Both the position numbers and the translations under genes were made by a program. The notes under the pieces are model-generated. The model was not told where the DNA came from. It searched no databases and saw only the letters and a program-made list of their open reading frames with translations. Below are positions 26,080 through 43,561 of a stretch of 64,000 bases of DNA, piece after piece. Each line of letters starts with the position of its first letter. Position 1 is the stretch's first letter. The DNA is from Enoplolaimus lenunculus (taxonomy: Eukaryota), in the NCBI GenBank assembly GCA_030248215.1, contig JASANG010004128.1, forward strand, positions 1 to 64,000, written 5' to 3'.

Positions 26080-29000
26080 TTATTCATGAAACATCGTATT
26101 AAATTTTGCAGCAATAACGAGCGTACTTATTGATAACAACAGCGAAATGAATCCAAATGTAACATAAGCCATAGATGAGATTTGTAGTATTAACGCACGT
26201 CCAAACTCAACGTTTGCTTCTGGATTATTTCGCACAACAAATTGATAATTGTAGGTAATTGTTTTTGATGTTGACCGCCAATTACCTGGCATTTGCTGTA
26301 AATGCCATTGGTTTAATGGTTGACTGTGATGCGATGATTGCACGTTGGCCCGTCTCACTGCGCTTCGTAGCAATTCTTTGTCCGCGTAATGATCTATCGA
26401 CGAGAAACGATCGGCAATATTTAACGCTTCTGAAATAGAGTGGCAGCGGTTCATACATCATTTTCGCAAATATCAACGGCGGATCTACGGCGTCCACGCA
26501 GTCGTAGGCTTTCTCAATAAAGATCGAGATTAACAAATGTTTCGTTGAAATTTTAAACTTAATTGCGTTTGGCTTTTTTTCTGGCTTCGCTCTCGACTTT
26601 TTGACTTTATATATCGCGCAGGTCCTATGTCAAAACTTTGTGAATCAGCTTCTGGTAAAAAATTATTATTGTTTTCTTAAGGCAAGGCGACAAGTTGAAC
26701 CTTTGTTGCAGCGTCTGTACGCTTGCGGACGTAGAAGTAATGATGACTGACGTACCGCTCAGTTTGAATCTTAATAGACTTGTTTTGTGTTTACTCGTCA
26801 GCTTTGCTTATTTTGTTCTATTGCAAATTCCATATTTATGCTTCTAATCCTTTTATCGCACGCATAAAAATGCAAAATGTGTTTAAAGGAAACAGGTATC
26901 ATTTATAACACTTACTAACTCTGTATTGCTAAATATTTAATTACAAAATTTGTAGTAACAATAGGGAATGTTTTTAATTAATTGCAAGTCAACCCGTAAC
27001 AATGTTTGCAGTATTCATGCTTCAAAATTAGAATTAAAAACTCATATTAATCAGTTTGTCACCGTTTTTGTGTCACAAAATAGATAGCAATAGTCCCACT
27101 TTCTCAGAAATTTGTTCCCAAACTTACTTTTTGTTATCGGCATACTAAGCGGAATCAAGAAATGTAACGTTATAAATATTCCTAACAGCAAGAGTAAGAT
27201 AAGCGATATCAGGTTCGGGCTTCGGCTTCCACAGACAAGCAGCAAACTTAAGGCCCCTAGTGTAGCTATGAATAGCACGTAGAAGAAGTTCGATATGCTA
27301 ACAATGTCATATGTAGAATCCATTGGAACGTCCGGGTGCTGTGGTACCGAGCTACTGGAAAGCTGGTGATGAATAGACATCAAGACATAGAGTTCTATCA
27401 GTTCTGATACCAGCATTATAGCTGCCGAAATAAAATAGAACACAGCCGTAATGCGAAGTCTATAGACTAGTGTTTCAAATTCGTTATATGACGCATTTAG
27501 TCGTTTCAGCCGTTCTAGATGCCGATTTTGCCGATACGTCTTAGTAGTGGTGCTTGGCTGTTCAGTGAAATTTTTCGAAGGTGGCGGCATAAAGTCTAAT
27601 CCAAGTCGATAAGCGTTGAGCTTATTTGTAGGCACTGGTTGCCGCTGCAGCAGGTGAAATTGGCTATTATCTCCAGCGTTTACATGGAGCGATTCGTGAA
27701 TAGCAGGTGCGGTGTTGGAACTGAACGTTGCGACCGGTTGAATTTTAAATTCATTAAACGCTGTTTCGGTTACTACTGTTTCGTTCGCGTCGGATCCTAA
27801 TTCAAATGGCAGTTGTTCTAGTGGAGTTTCAGAGTCAACAGAGCTATTATGCTGTAGAAATTCAGGCTGTTGTAATCTGAGTTGTTCGTTTTTCGATGTT
27901 AAGTTTTCTTCAATTTCTTTTTTCGCTAGGCTTGTCGAGCAATTACGTTTTGATTTTAAAAAATTACTTGCTACGTTATCACTATCATCTGCTACTTTTG
28001 AGCACTTTTGCTGCGAAATAACAAACAAGTTGCTCATATCGCTTTGTATTCCTGTCGCTTGACTGTTACGTCGAGAAAATGATAACATACTGCGGTTTTC
28101 AGCTGGTTTCGGCTCACCAAAATATTTCTTTTGCGGTTCATCTTGCTTTGATGATTCTGTCCTTTGTGGGACTTGCTTTGAACTAGACCGGTGTTTTAAA
28201 TATTTGCCAGAGTGACGTTGTTTGACTCGAGTTGCTCCGTTTCGGTCGCAAAAGTAACCAGAAGATGACCTTAACCAGTTCAGTGTCCAGTTCCAGCTGG
28301 GATCCGCTGTTTCACAAGGCGTTTGATTCTTATTTTGAGATTGTATGCGCTGTTTGGTGAGCTGAGCTTGTCCATATTTAAATGCTTCACGCTGAAGACG
28401 CCGTTTATGTCTCTAAAAATAACAAAACGCCTTACCTAATAGATTGTCGAAATTAATACCACAATAGAATTCAAACCATTTTTTGCATAAATTTGAAATT
28501 TTTACTCGATTTTACCATATATTCTTATATAAAATAGTAAAAATTGTGATACGCCGTTGATGTCTTCGAAATATTAACAAGATATCTTATTTAATGGATT
28601 GTCGAATAAGATCCTGAAGCAGTACTAAGCTATTTCTGTGCAAATGCAAACCTGCTCCGCGGTTCAACCTATAAGTCTATATACCAGTAAAACTTGTCTG
28701 AACATATAAATAACGAAGCAGTTCTTGAATGCAGGCGCGCCGCCAGGGAGGTCTGTTGAGGACTACACCCCCCAATTAATTGAACCAAAAAGTTATTTGC
28801 CAGCATTGGAAGCGGATTGAATATTAAAATGACGTCTCACTTTCCACTCAATTCATTTGCTATATTTCCTTATCAAACGGTCCGTTCGTTTCACTCGCAA
28901 GTTCTTCATCACTCAGCGTCAATTGTAATTCTTGGATGCCGAGACCCCTCCCAATTAAAAATTATGGTTAAGCGCCTGCATGATTCTTTGTAAGTAGTGC

Positions 29001-29451
29001 TTACCAAGTGATATCTATGGTCTTTAAGGTGTTCGGACTCAAACATCGAACAGTGACGCGTATCTTGAGAAGACTGCGTTTTGATCCATGGTTGCAGCTG
29101 AAAGGCTGAACGATCGGTATGCCAAAAGATTGCAGGATAGCCACTATGACCACTGAAAGCATAATTTTGCGGCAACCAGCTGCGAGACATGCAACTTTGC
29201 GCGGGATATGAGCCACGATAAGGATACAAAGCTGTGTAAACGTTAGGATTTGCAAACAGATAAGACGGTGAATAACAATTATTAAGCGTGGTGAAAATTG
29301 GCTGTTGTAGCGCAGTAAATGGTGGTGTCGAAGTTTGCGATTGACCGTTTACATTTCTAACATGAGTGATAGCTTTGACCGGCACCTGAGAGTCATCAGT
29401 TTCTCTAGTGGTGTCCGGAAAAACGTTCTCGTTCCAGTAGTCGAAATACAT
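26080..29451 (-). CDS. Uncharacterised protein with long disordered N-terminus and four C-terminal TM helices (CD20/MS4A-like topology), exons 29451-29005, 28412-27128, 26429-26080 (optional in-frame 66-nt intron 26285-26220), ~693 aa
   Basis: TTG|GTAAGC donor joins TTTTTAG|AGA in phase 0, in frame with ORF 27051..28088. AAA|GTAAGT (phase 1) joins TTTCAG|AA, in frame with ORF 26080..26454. Four hydrophobic stretches. Confidence 0.65.
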
Positions 29452-31311
29452 GTAGCTCGTTCAAGTGTGTTTATATAAGTTTATCAAAGTGCTATATTTA
29501 ATAGTTTGAAATTTTTTCACATAAACTGATTTACCGCAATATTTTACTAGTCTGCCAGCTGAAAGCACAAAAATTACCATGCAAATTTTCAGTTCATAGA
29601 ACAAAGAACAATCACGTGTATTTCCTAAAAAAATTTTGAAAAACGTAATGCTGGAAATTTGCCCAAAATACGTATGTGGAGCGTTCCAGCTTTAATAAAT
29701 AGATTTAAAATTTGTAAGAAACTATAAAACGTTTACAGTAGCCTGCTAAATCATTAATGTCAAGCATTTTGTTTAACATTAAGCCGAATCTTTAGTGTTT
29801 TAACTAGAAGTAAATAGAATTATTACAATAACTAAAGTAATAATTAAACAGAATAGAACGTTTTGGTAAACTTTCTGTTTGTGCAGTTTAATTAATGTTT
29901 TTGGGCCCCATCTTTAACAACTATACTTTATACATTACCGTTTTCGTTATATGTGAACAAAACAAATATGACTATTGAAAAGCAGCATAAATAATTTTAA
30001 GAAAGACGCTTGCTTAAAATCTACGGGTTGAACCGTTGACGCAAAAATTTGTAACAATTTAAGTGTTCAAAAAGAGTACATAAAAGTTTTTCATTTGTGA
30101 TGTTTGAAATGTTTTTTCCACAAATTAACATTGTTAATACGAAAACAAAACTTAAACAAATCCGAGTTTAGAAAGTGACAAGAAATTTGTGTTGTTGCTG
30201 TTAAAAATAAGAGGTCAATGGCTTACAAGTACCACTGCGGTTGTGAGATAGAGCCAATTATTAAATTGTCGTTGCTGTAACATTTCTTTGTACAAACGAT
30301 TTCATGGTAAACGCCAAATATTACGAATGAGTTCAAAACAAATAAAAACCGTTTTGCTAAATAAAGTTTCACAACTCTAGTTTTGGTTGGCTCAGAAATT
30401 TTTGAATTAGTAAGTAGTATACTCAGAAGATTAAAATTTAAAATTTTAACGAAAAAGACAGAAAGCACAGATGATTTCACTATCTTCAATATATATTGTC
30501 ATATAATCATGAAGAGCAAAGAGGTCTCATGACTATATACAGAATGACAAAAGGTGCACTCGGTTTTACTTGGACAATGCCGAATGCAAAAAAAGAGAAA
30601 AAAATTAGAAGAAATTGGCCTACTGTTCCATGTGTTGTTGCTCAAAAATCACAACTATAACAATCACATTCGCTCGAAAGTGGCATGGAAATCCAATAGT
30701 GAAAATAATGGCATGCACAAAGGTCTTCGTGCGATCTCGTATATATATTATTCGCGAGCGAAAAAGTAATTTTGTGTTAAAATTATCGTAATTATTATTT
30801 GTAACGAAACTCTTTATACCCACGCAGTATTCTTTAGTACGTGCAATAATCAGGTATTCGTAGAGGTAGTATTAATATTCTAAAATTTCTCGTTATTTTA
30901 ACTTTGTTCTGATGAATTGTGCAATGGTGTTGCGAGAATAAAACAACTATTAAACCTGTTCAGTTGTAGGACATTGCATCTGTAAGAACATTTCCGTGGG
31001 CTTTAAAATCGGCTTGAATAGCATATATGTAGCTCTCGCATGTTTCGTTAGTTTACACTCAATAAAAGGCGCAATTATATCAAAATTTGCAAACTGATGA
31101 AAGGATGTCTTGCAACTCAGTTGTCTTTAAATAACATAAGCATATACTGATAGATGATACCAAATCTAAACTTAACAAGCAGCCCCTAAAAGCGGCAAGG
31201 GAGACGGGGTAAACAAATACTCGAGCGAATTCTTTAATGAATTCTATTAATTACTCGAAATCAATTGAGCTAATATCCGCAGCAATTAGACATTTCGCGG
31301 CCGTAAAACTA

Positions 31312-31478
31312 TTAACCCTTTCGCTCAAAGACGTGAGAGCCTACTCGGGCTCGAGCATCAAGCTCCTATAGCTCAGTGGTCATAGTAAACGCCTCCCATC
31401 CGTGAGACTGTGGTTCAAATCTTACCTTGAAAATACATCTCATATGAAATTGAAAATATTCATGTGAGAAAGGGTTAA
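31312..31478 (+). mobile_element. TTAA-flanked piggyBac-like MITE containing a tRNA-Gly-derived segment (short copy)
   Basis: TTAA|CCCTTTCGCTCA...TGTGAGAAAGGG|TTAA. Internal A-box TAGCTCAGTGG, Gly-like GCCTCCCA and B-box GGTTCAAATC. Homologous copy at 42336-42608. Confidence 0.7.
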
Positions 31479-32623
31479 GCAATAGCCTAAGATCAAGATT
31501 CAATGCTGAAGTTGAACTGGAACGCACCTAAATGACTCAACCGTAATGGCAGTTTATCACTAAATTGCCGTCATTTCATTTAACTATATATCCTAGAAGG
31601 GAAGTTCTATTACACATTTTCTCTCTGCGAAAATTCTTGTTTTACGATAACGAAATTGGCGAGCCGAATGAAAAGACCTTAATTTTTGCGGCTTATGCTA
31701 AATTATCCGATTGCGCTTGTTATATCTGCCTATTTGTGGAATTGCTTCTGCCTGATAAAATGCGTGTGGATCTGTTTGAAACACGAGTGTCATCATGGGG
31801 GGACATTGGGGGCCGTGCCCTCCTCCAAATTTGGCTGGTGCCCCCAAATTCACTAGGTCCAAAAGTAAACATCTTGAGATGCAATTGTAGGGCCGCCGCA
31901 AAATGATTCGGTGTTCCCGCCAAACTATAATTTTCTGCGGACGCCCCTGTTTTGAAATCTTAAACTTTCAGTACAACTTAACAATAGACCCATATTCTGA
32001 AATGTGTAAAACACCATGAAACCAGTTAGTGATGGGTTTTCAAAATCATGAAGTTCTATGGTTTCGGATGTCAAATTCTGCGCATAAGTAGAACAAATCA
32101 AATCTAAAAATACGATGCTGAATTTCAAAGCTCACCAATTACTGATTAGAAAGCTACATGACCAGTCATCAGGGTGTTGTCGGATATCCGTTTTCCTTTC
32201 CGGTAAAATCGGTGTCAGCTTTCATTTTTCGTATAGAAGTACCGGAAATTTTGTTATTTTTATGCTAAAATTAGTTGTAAATCCCAGATGGATCTCGCAA
32301 TTTTTCACTACACATATGCTGTAATTATTCGATATGAAGTAAAAATTATGAAATTCATCCAAAATCTAAGAAATATCGGTGCATAGACTATTTTTTCTTT
32401 AAAATATTACAAAGTTCGGTGAACTTTGGACACCTCAATTGCGGTGCCAGAAAAATATAACATCGTTGAAACTTTTGTACTTCAATATCCGTTTTACGCT
32501 TCCGTTATTTTTATTGTCGGTTTACACCCTGCCCATCAGCAACTTGTGATAGGTGTTACTAACATTTAAAAATACAGCTATAGATCTGAAATACAAAATC
32601 GAAAAAAAAAAAGATAACACCCA

Positions 32624-32696
32624 CCGAAATTGGTGAGATCGAACCCACAAACTGGGGATACGCAGTCCAGCACCTATACCACTCGACCACTGGGTC
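32624..32696 (-). pseudogene. tRNA-Arg-like pseudogene or SINE head (anticodon position GCG)
   Basis: GACCCAGTGGTCGAGTGGTATAGGTGCTGGACTGCGTATCCCCAGTTTGTGGGTTCGATCTCAC: A and B boxes and T-stem present, acceptor stem unpaired, anticodon stem 3/5. T11 run ~12 nt downstream. Confidence 0.7.
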
Positions 32697-34649
32697 ATGA
32701 TGCAACTATTATAATACAAACATTTTAATAGTCCTACGCAAAACGTATATATTATGTAATACACAATATACGTATCATTGATTCTAGGTGTAAAATTATG
32801 CAAATTTTAAACATTTGAAGATCAAAAATAGGTGTTTCAAAATCAGGGGGGGTAAATAGGGGTTACTTTAGGGGGTCACATGTGAACCAACCCTCGAAAA
32901 AATTCAGTTCTTTTCCCTGTTGTTGAAAGCTAAATTTTTACAACTGTCATTTACCCTAGAAAACCAAAATTTCATTAAATAAGTTGTAATTATCATTTTT
33001 TGCATTTTACAAATTTGGTAAAATTTACAACCCGAACATCAACTGCTTTTAATAGAGACGGCCTTCATGCCGTCTCAAAAATTACAATAAACATTTAAAA
33101 TTGATAGATGGCAAACCATCCGTAAAATTTTCCCTTTCCCCTACAAAATTTCAGCTTCGCTTCTATAGCTTGCAATTTCAACTGCAGGCGCCTTGTAAAA
33201 TTGTTTTGCTCCTATAGCAGGCTGGACTGGCTAAGTGCTTACAGCTTCACAGCTCATGATGAAGGAAAGAATGCCCCAAACAAACTCAAGTCTTGTCAAT
33301 ATTGTCCAATGCAATATTAAAGTTTATATTTTCATTTTATTTATAACAAATTTACTGACAGTAATATTATATTATAAGGCACTTGTTATATAAGGTATAA
33401 TAAACCAGAATTAAAAATTCAAGTGAAACGCACAATAGCGGAATGTTGTTATAAACGGCAGTTAAGACCTCTATATCTTAGGTTCTTACTACAACACCAA
33501 AATTCTTAAGCAAGCTCACAAAGCTAAAACCGCCGTATTTTGCGAAAACTTTGGCGCAGACTTCCGCATTCTGCATGTTTTGCTCATGGGCGTAGGCAGT
33601 ATCTCATTTCGAAAAGGGATATTCTCATACGATCTATAAAAGGCTATTGTAAACCCTGCTATATACAATTAGTCTACTTCTTGCCTCTCCATAAATTTCT
33701 TAACTGATACATCTTTTTTATCTGTTATCTAGTATGCGCCCCTGACTTTGCAAACTTATAAGGTAGTCTATATAAGCTTCAGGTCAATTCTTAAATAGCT
33801 GCTGAAATTCTGAACTCACCCCATGAATCATACGCGCAGCAATAGCTTGCGAAAGGTTTAAGAACACGAACGCTGTATTAAGATTTAATGCCAAAATTGG
33901 TTGTTGCTTCTTGTTCGATACTGTAGCAAACCCGTAGATGACCACCCCTGTTGTTTAGACTGTTTGCTGCTGCCTTATCATGAACGCAACCAGGATTTCA
34001 TTTTGTGTGAAGATAACCTTTCCTAAATGTTTTTGTACGCCAGCCTATCGACTGACAAATTTATTTAACCTCTACAAATTGTGCTACAGTCAACAAAAGT
34101 ACCTGTTTAAAAGTGTTTCAAGCGATATTGAACGGCCCCTATATCCCCTTCTAATACCCTCTCAATCTTGCTGCGAATAATCTAGTAAAATTGTACCTTA
34201 CCAGAAAAAAGTATGCCTCGAATAACAGTCAAAGTTTATAAAGGTTACGCTATAATTTACTGAGCTGGACGCCCGCCGCGCCAAAGCGTACGGCGGTGTG
34301 CGGTAATTTTTAATAAAACGTTATACAGCGCCACGCGCCGACGTACGGCGACGCGCGTCGGCGGCGTTCGGCGGCGTACGACGAGTATGGCGCAACACTA
34401 AAGACGCCGTTAAATAGCCCGATTTAAAATTTTGGATTGTATCTTCCAGATTTTTCTTTGAAACTAAAAATACGTTTTGGTATCTATCATGGTTTATCTA
34501 AAAACTCTGGGCCAGTATGAAAGTGGATTAATAGAAGAAAGTCGCAGTTTTGTTTTACGTTTGTTTTCCTTTGCGTGAATGTTGCCAACTTTGCTAAAGA
34601 ATAAAATGCAGAAGGCACATTGACTTGAGGCATTCAATTAAGCATCAAC

Positions 34650-35105
34650 TCTATTGCCTGTCATCTAGCAGTGTACTCGCCTCTGCTCTGTTGCTTATCT
34701 ATTACCAGTGTAGTGTAGGTACACAACTACACACCTCTGTTTTGCTGCTTGTGAATTACCAGTGTACTCTTCTTTGCGCTGTTGCTTGTCAATTACCAGT
34801 GTACCCGCCTGTGCTCTATTGCTTGTCAATTACCAGTGTACCCACCTGTGCTCTATTGCTTGTCAATTACCAGTGTACCCGCCTGTGCTCTATTGCTTGT
34901 CAATTACCAGTGTACCCGCCTGTGCTCTATTGCTTGTCAATTACCAGTGTACCCGCCTGTGCTCTATTGCTTGTCAATTACCAGTGTACTCGCCTGCGCT
35001 CTATTGCTTGTCAATTACCAGTGTACCCGCCTGTGCTCTATTGCTTGTCAATTACCAGTGTTCCCGCCTCTGCTCCATTGCTTGTCAATTACCGGTGTTC
35101 CCGCC
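34650..35105. repeat. 37-bp minisatellite (GTGTACCCGCCTGTGCTCTATTGCTTGTCAATTACCA), ~8 near-perfect plus ~3 degenerate copies
   Basis: Period 37 read directly (34801, 34838, ...); no unique spacers. Confidence 0.95.
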
Positions 35106-35272
35106 AGAATCAACGTTTGGAACTGTTATGATGACGCTGTTCTTTTCATGTGGTGGTGCCGTCCGCCACTTGGCGTACGACACCGCACGATGACGGACGA
35201 TGACGTACAGCGACGGATGATATTTTAAAACTACAAAACAGCTTAGCGCCACCCTTAGACTAAAAATTCAGG

Positions 35273-39685
<4,413 letters not shown>

Positions 39686-42335
39686 ACCCCTTCATAGATG
39701 ACACTGGGGGTCGGTGGCTCATTTAAAAAACAATAATAATGGAGTTTGAAGTTTGCGTTGTTCATAAACCAGTGGAACGCTGAGGTTACTTTGTTAGACT
39801 CGGATTACGACAAGGTTTCATGGCTATAGTATGGATGAAGCATGCTGCTTGTAATATGGCCCTATTGCCGACATACTTGGAAACATCTGTGGGACGTTAA
39901 AAATTTTTTATTAACACTAAACGGCGTTTTGAAATCTAACGCACGAAATATCGCTAAAATGAATTAAATTGCGTTGTAAACGTTGGAATGGTTTGAAATA
40001 CAGAAAATACAGGTTCAGCGGCTATAGCACATATCGTCGACACGCTGCGATATTTAAATAACAAAACTTTCATAGAGCTGCAGCCGGGTTCTGTTGCAAG
40101 ATTTAAGTGAAATTTAATAAGTTTTTGGTTCGGTTCATTTAAAGTTCGTAAAACTGACACCGTATGCTTGTAAGTCTATGCACAAGAGAAGCCTTTTTAG
40201 CGACGTCGAATGGACCGTAGCTAGGATATCCGAGCTCCGAAGCCTGAGAAATCTCTTACTTAGAATTTAAATACAGAAAAATGCGTAAATCTTATAACTC
40301 GCTCTGCTCGCAAAGTCTCGTTCACTCTAACCGCAGTTCTAGCTCATGCTTGCTAAAAACTATTGGAGCCAAGTGCCCTCAGTACACTAATCTCGCGCCT
40401 TATAGAATTCGAATTATTGTGTGAAATTTAAGACAATTATGTCTATTTCATTTAAGACTTTTTCTCATGAACGAAGGCAAATATTTCTGAAATATAAGTA
40501 AGTCTATCTGCACAACAAGCCTTCTTAGCGACCTCGACAGGATCGCAGCTAGGATAACCGAGCTAGCCTGCGAAATGCAGCAACTTTGCAAAAGATAACA
40601 TGCAAGGGGGCAATATATAATGGCTGAAGAAAATTCGCAAGCGAAGGTAGCGAAAAGCCAAATACTCGTGGATAACGCAATGTTTAGCCAAAATCCTGTC
40701 GAAGGCACAACAGGTTATAGAGAGCAGGAGAGTTGTACCTCGTAATGTCTACCCTCAAAAACATTAAATTGATGCACGCATATATATGTTATAGGGACGC
40801 AAAAATTGGAAGTATCGTTTTTTTGGGATTTAATAGAACAAATTGCTTCAGTCTTATAACTCGCTCTGCTCGCAACGTCTCGTTCACTCTTCCTCTAACC
40901 GAAGATTTGGTTTATGCTTGCTAAAGATTATTAAAGCCAAGTGCTCTCAGTGCACTAAAACGTCTGGCGGCTGCTCGAATTCCGCCACAACGATTTTGCG
41001 GACAAAATCACAACGTAAGTTTTGTTGAAATATCAGCCAGAGTCGAAATTCTGTTCAAACTCTGCGTTTTAGATTGCGCGACGTGAAGATTCTCGCTCCA
41101 TGTAAATTGCGATAGTCTGCGACCCCGAAACTATAAACTTAAAGAATCCAGCATAGATGTGCAAAGTGTCCTATCGTGTAATTATTAAAGTTTTAGTTGC
41201 GTTTAAAATGAGAAGTAAACTTATCAGGAAGAAACGCATAACTTATTTTCACTCGCTGCAAGCCAGATTAATAATCAATAGAAATACAGTCAGCTCTTGC
41301 GCTTAGATTCATTATTAATTGTTTTCAAGTGCCTGACAAACTTATAAAAAATAAGCATCTTTAATTTGGCAATTTTTTTGGCACAAATGGTATCTTATGT
41401 ATTAATCGGAAATCATTGGTTGTAAAATTAAAACACAATACCTACCACCGTAATTTCAAACATTTGACAACCAAAAGTGATCTGACATACCTGCAGCAAC
41501 AATAATATTGTGTCAATATTCAAAACAGTTGTATAAAACTGTTTGTAAGATTTCGATAAGTACCAGCTTAACTCACGTAATTATTACGCGATTTTTAGCC
41601 AATTTTTGTGAGAAGCGTTTGTGCAAAGCATTTATTTTTCTGGCCGCTTGTCGTCAACTGTGGTGTATCAAACCATAAGTTTTGATATCAGCATTTGTTG
41701 GTAACAGTTTTGCGGCGAAACGAAGAGTCGTTTTTGCCCACAATTTTTAGCAACAAAAACGCAGTTTGAATTTTGCGGACAGCAGCTACACTGTTTTAAT
41801 TTCGCGATAATTTGGCGATGCCTATTACAGGTGCAGGCAATGAGTGTCAATACACGTAATGCCGTGATATTTTTGGCTCCGGGTAAAAAACCACAACACA
41901 ACGAACAGGCTGTTTAAAAGTGTATTTTACGTTTTTATTCCTCTGTCCGAGAAGTTTTGGCGAAGCAGTGGTGATCTGAACGATTTTATACGCGGGTTTA
42001 ACAGAATTTTTTACTATAGTAAAAAACACTCTGCGATGTTTATCTTGTAAGTTGAAATTTAATGTGGATGACAGTTTACCGTGTACAATTATGTCTGACA
42101 TATGTATATTAATATAGAATCTGGCTACAAACTTAAACTTACAATTGCAATTAGATAAAATTTAAACTTGATAGCAATGCTTCTAAAGGATACGGTTGGT
42201 TAGTTGATAAAAATAAATTTTGATCTAGCATTTCAACTTTCGTATGGATGCCAGTGCAAAAATGTGAATTTTGTGGGCTTTTGTAAACCGCATTATGTAT
42301 TGCTGGTTGGTAAAATTGGAATAATTAGTTTTGAA

Positions 42336-42608
42336 TTAACCTTTCTTACATGAATATTTTCTATTTCCCCTGAGACCTACTTTTATGCTAGGATTCTAAC
42401 TCCAGTGACTGGAGTGGGAGGCGTATATATACCATCACCACTGAGCTATAGGAGCTTGACGCTCGAGCCCGATGCGGCTCTCACGTCTTGTGGTGATTTA
42501 GTACTATGTGTACTTGTTGCAATTGTTAAGTGCCATATATATAATTTAACGTATATAAGTACACTCCGCTGAGTTGCCTATAGGCAACTCAATGTGAGAA
42601 GGGGTTAA
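42336..42608 (-). mobile_element. TTAA-flanked piggyBac-like MITE containing a tRNA-Gly-derived segment (long copy)
   Basis: TTAA|CCTTTCTTACAT...ATGTGAGAAGGGG|TTAA; perfect 20-bp palindrome GAGTTGCCTATAGGCAACTC at 42571-42590; interior homologous to 31328-31474. Confidence 0.7.
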
Positions 42609-43561
42609 CGGTATTTCCATTTGCTACAATTGGTCTATAATACAACGCGGTCCTGTATCGCACACACATAAGATTAAACTCAACCTAGTCAAAGTTTGGA
42701 GATCTCAGTACTGTAGTGACCCGAATAAGAGGTGCTCATATTTATCTGGCCTCTCCAGAGGGTACGCCCCTTGTTATTCGGTTACGGACTGTTATTTGTT
42801 TTCAAGTCGCTCTCCACCACCCTTTGTTACTGATATATATCCGGTATTGCAACTAACCGTTGAATTAAACGTTTTTTGCCTTGCATTTAAAGGCTTGAGC
42901 GATAATGCAAGGTTATACGTTGGATGTTACTTTCAAAACATAAGTATGCTTTAAACTTTCGAACTCAACTTTATTTGGTCCTGGACTCATTTATGGGCTA
43001 CAATTAGGGATAAAGATTTTAGATGAAACGAGCCGTGGTGACAGCTCCGCACGCCACATAAAAATTATACTTCACATGACGCGCGGAGCGGTATACACAG
43101 CGGCGAGTAATAAAAACAAATACAGCTCATAGTCAAGAAAATTTGTTGAGTTTGGCTCAGAAAAATCACAAACATAACATTTCAATGTAAAAACTAAGCA
43201 GACGACAGCGTTGCACGCCATTCACCGCTGCAATTAAAGTGGCCGTGTAACATCTGGTGCACTTGTAAAACAGTTTTAAAAACGCAGGGTTCGCTGTGAA
43301 GAGAAAATGTCGAAATTTAACATAATGTAAGTATAGATTATTAGCTTCCCAACATCTGCGGACAGAAAGCACTGAAATTTAACAGTAAATGACGTCAAAC
43401 CTGAATTCGTGAACGGGTATGCCGCGTCTCTTTTAATGTTTGGTAGCCAAATTGCTAAAAGCGAAAATTTTCAAGTGCGAAGCAAAAAACCTAAAGTTGT
43501 GTCTGAACTATTACTGGAACAATACCGGCCAACGGTCATATCACAACAAATTGATTCCAAC

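Noticed and set aside
31362..31430. Functional tRNA-Gly gene
   Set aside because: Stems do not pair properly and the sequence is embedded in a TIR element with a diverged second copy.
34650..35105. CRISPR-like array (37-bp repeats) and the Cys-rich ORFs over it
   Set aside because: Units are head-to-tail with no unique spacers, no cas genes and a eukaryotic context; the ORFs are just the repeat read in rotating frames.
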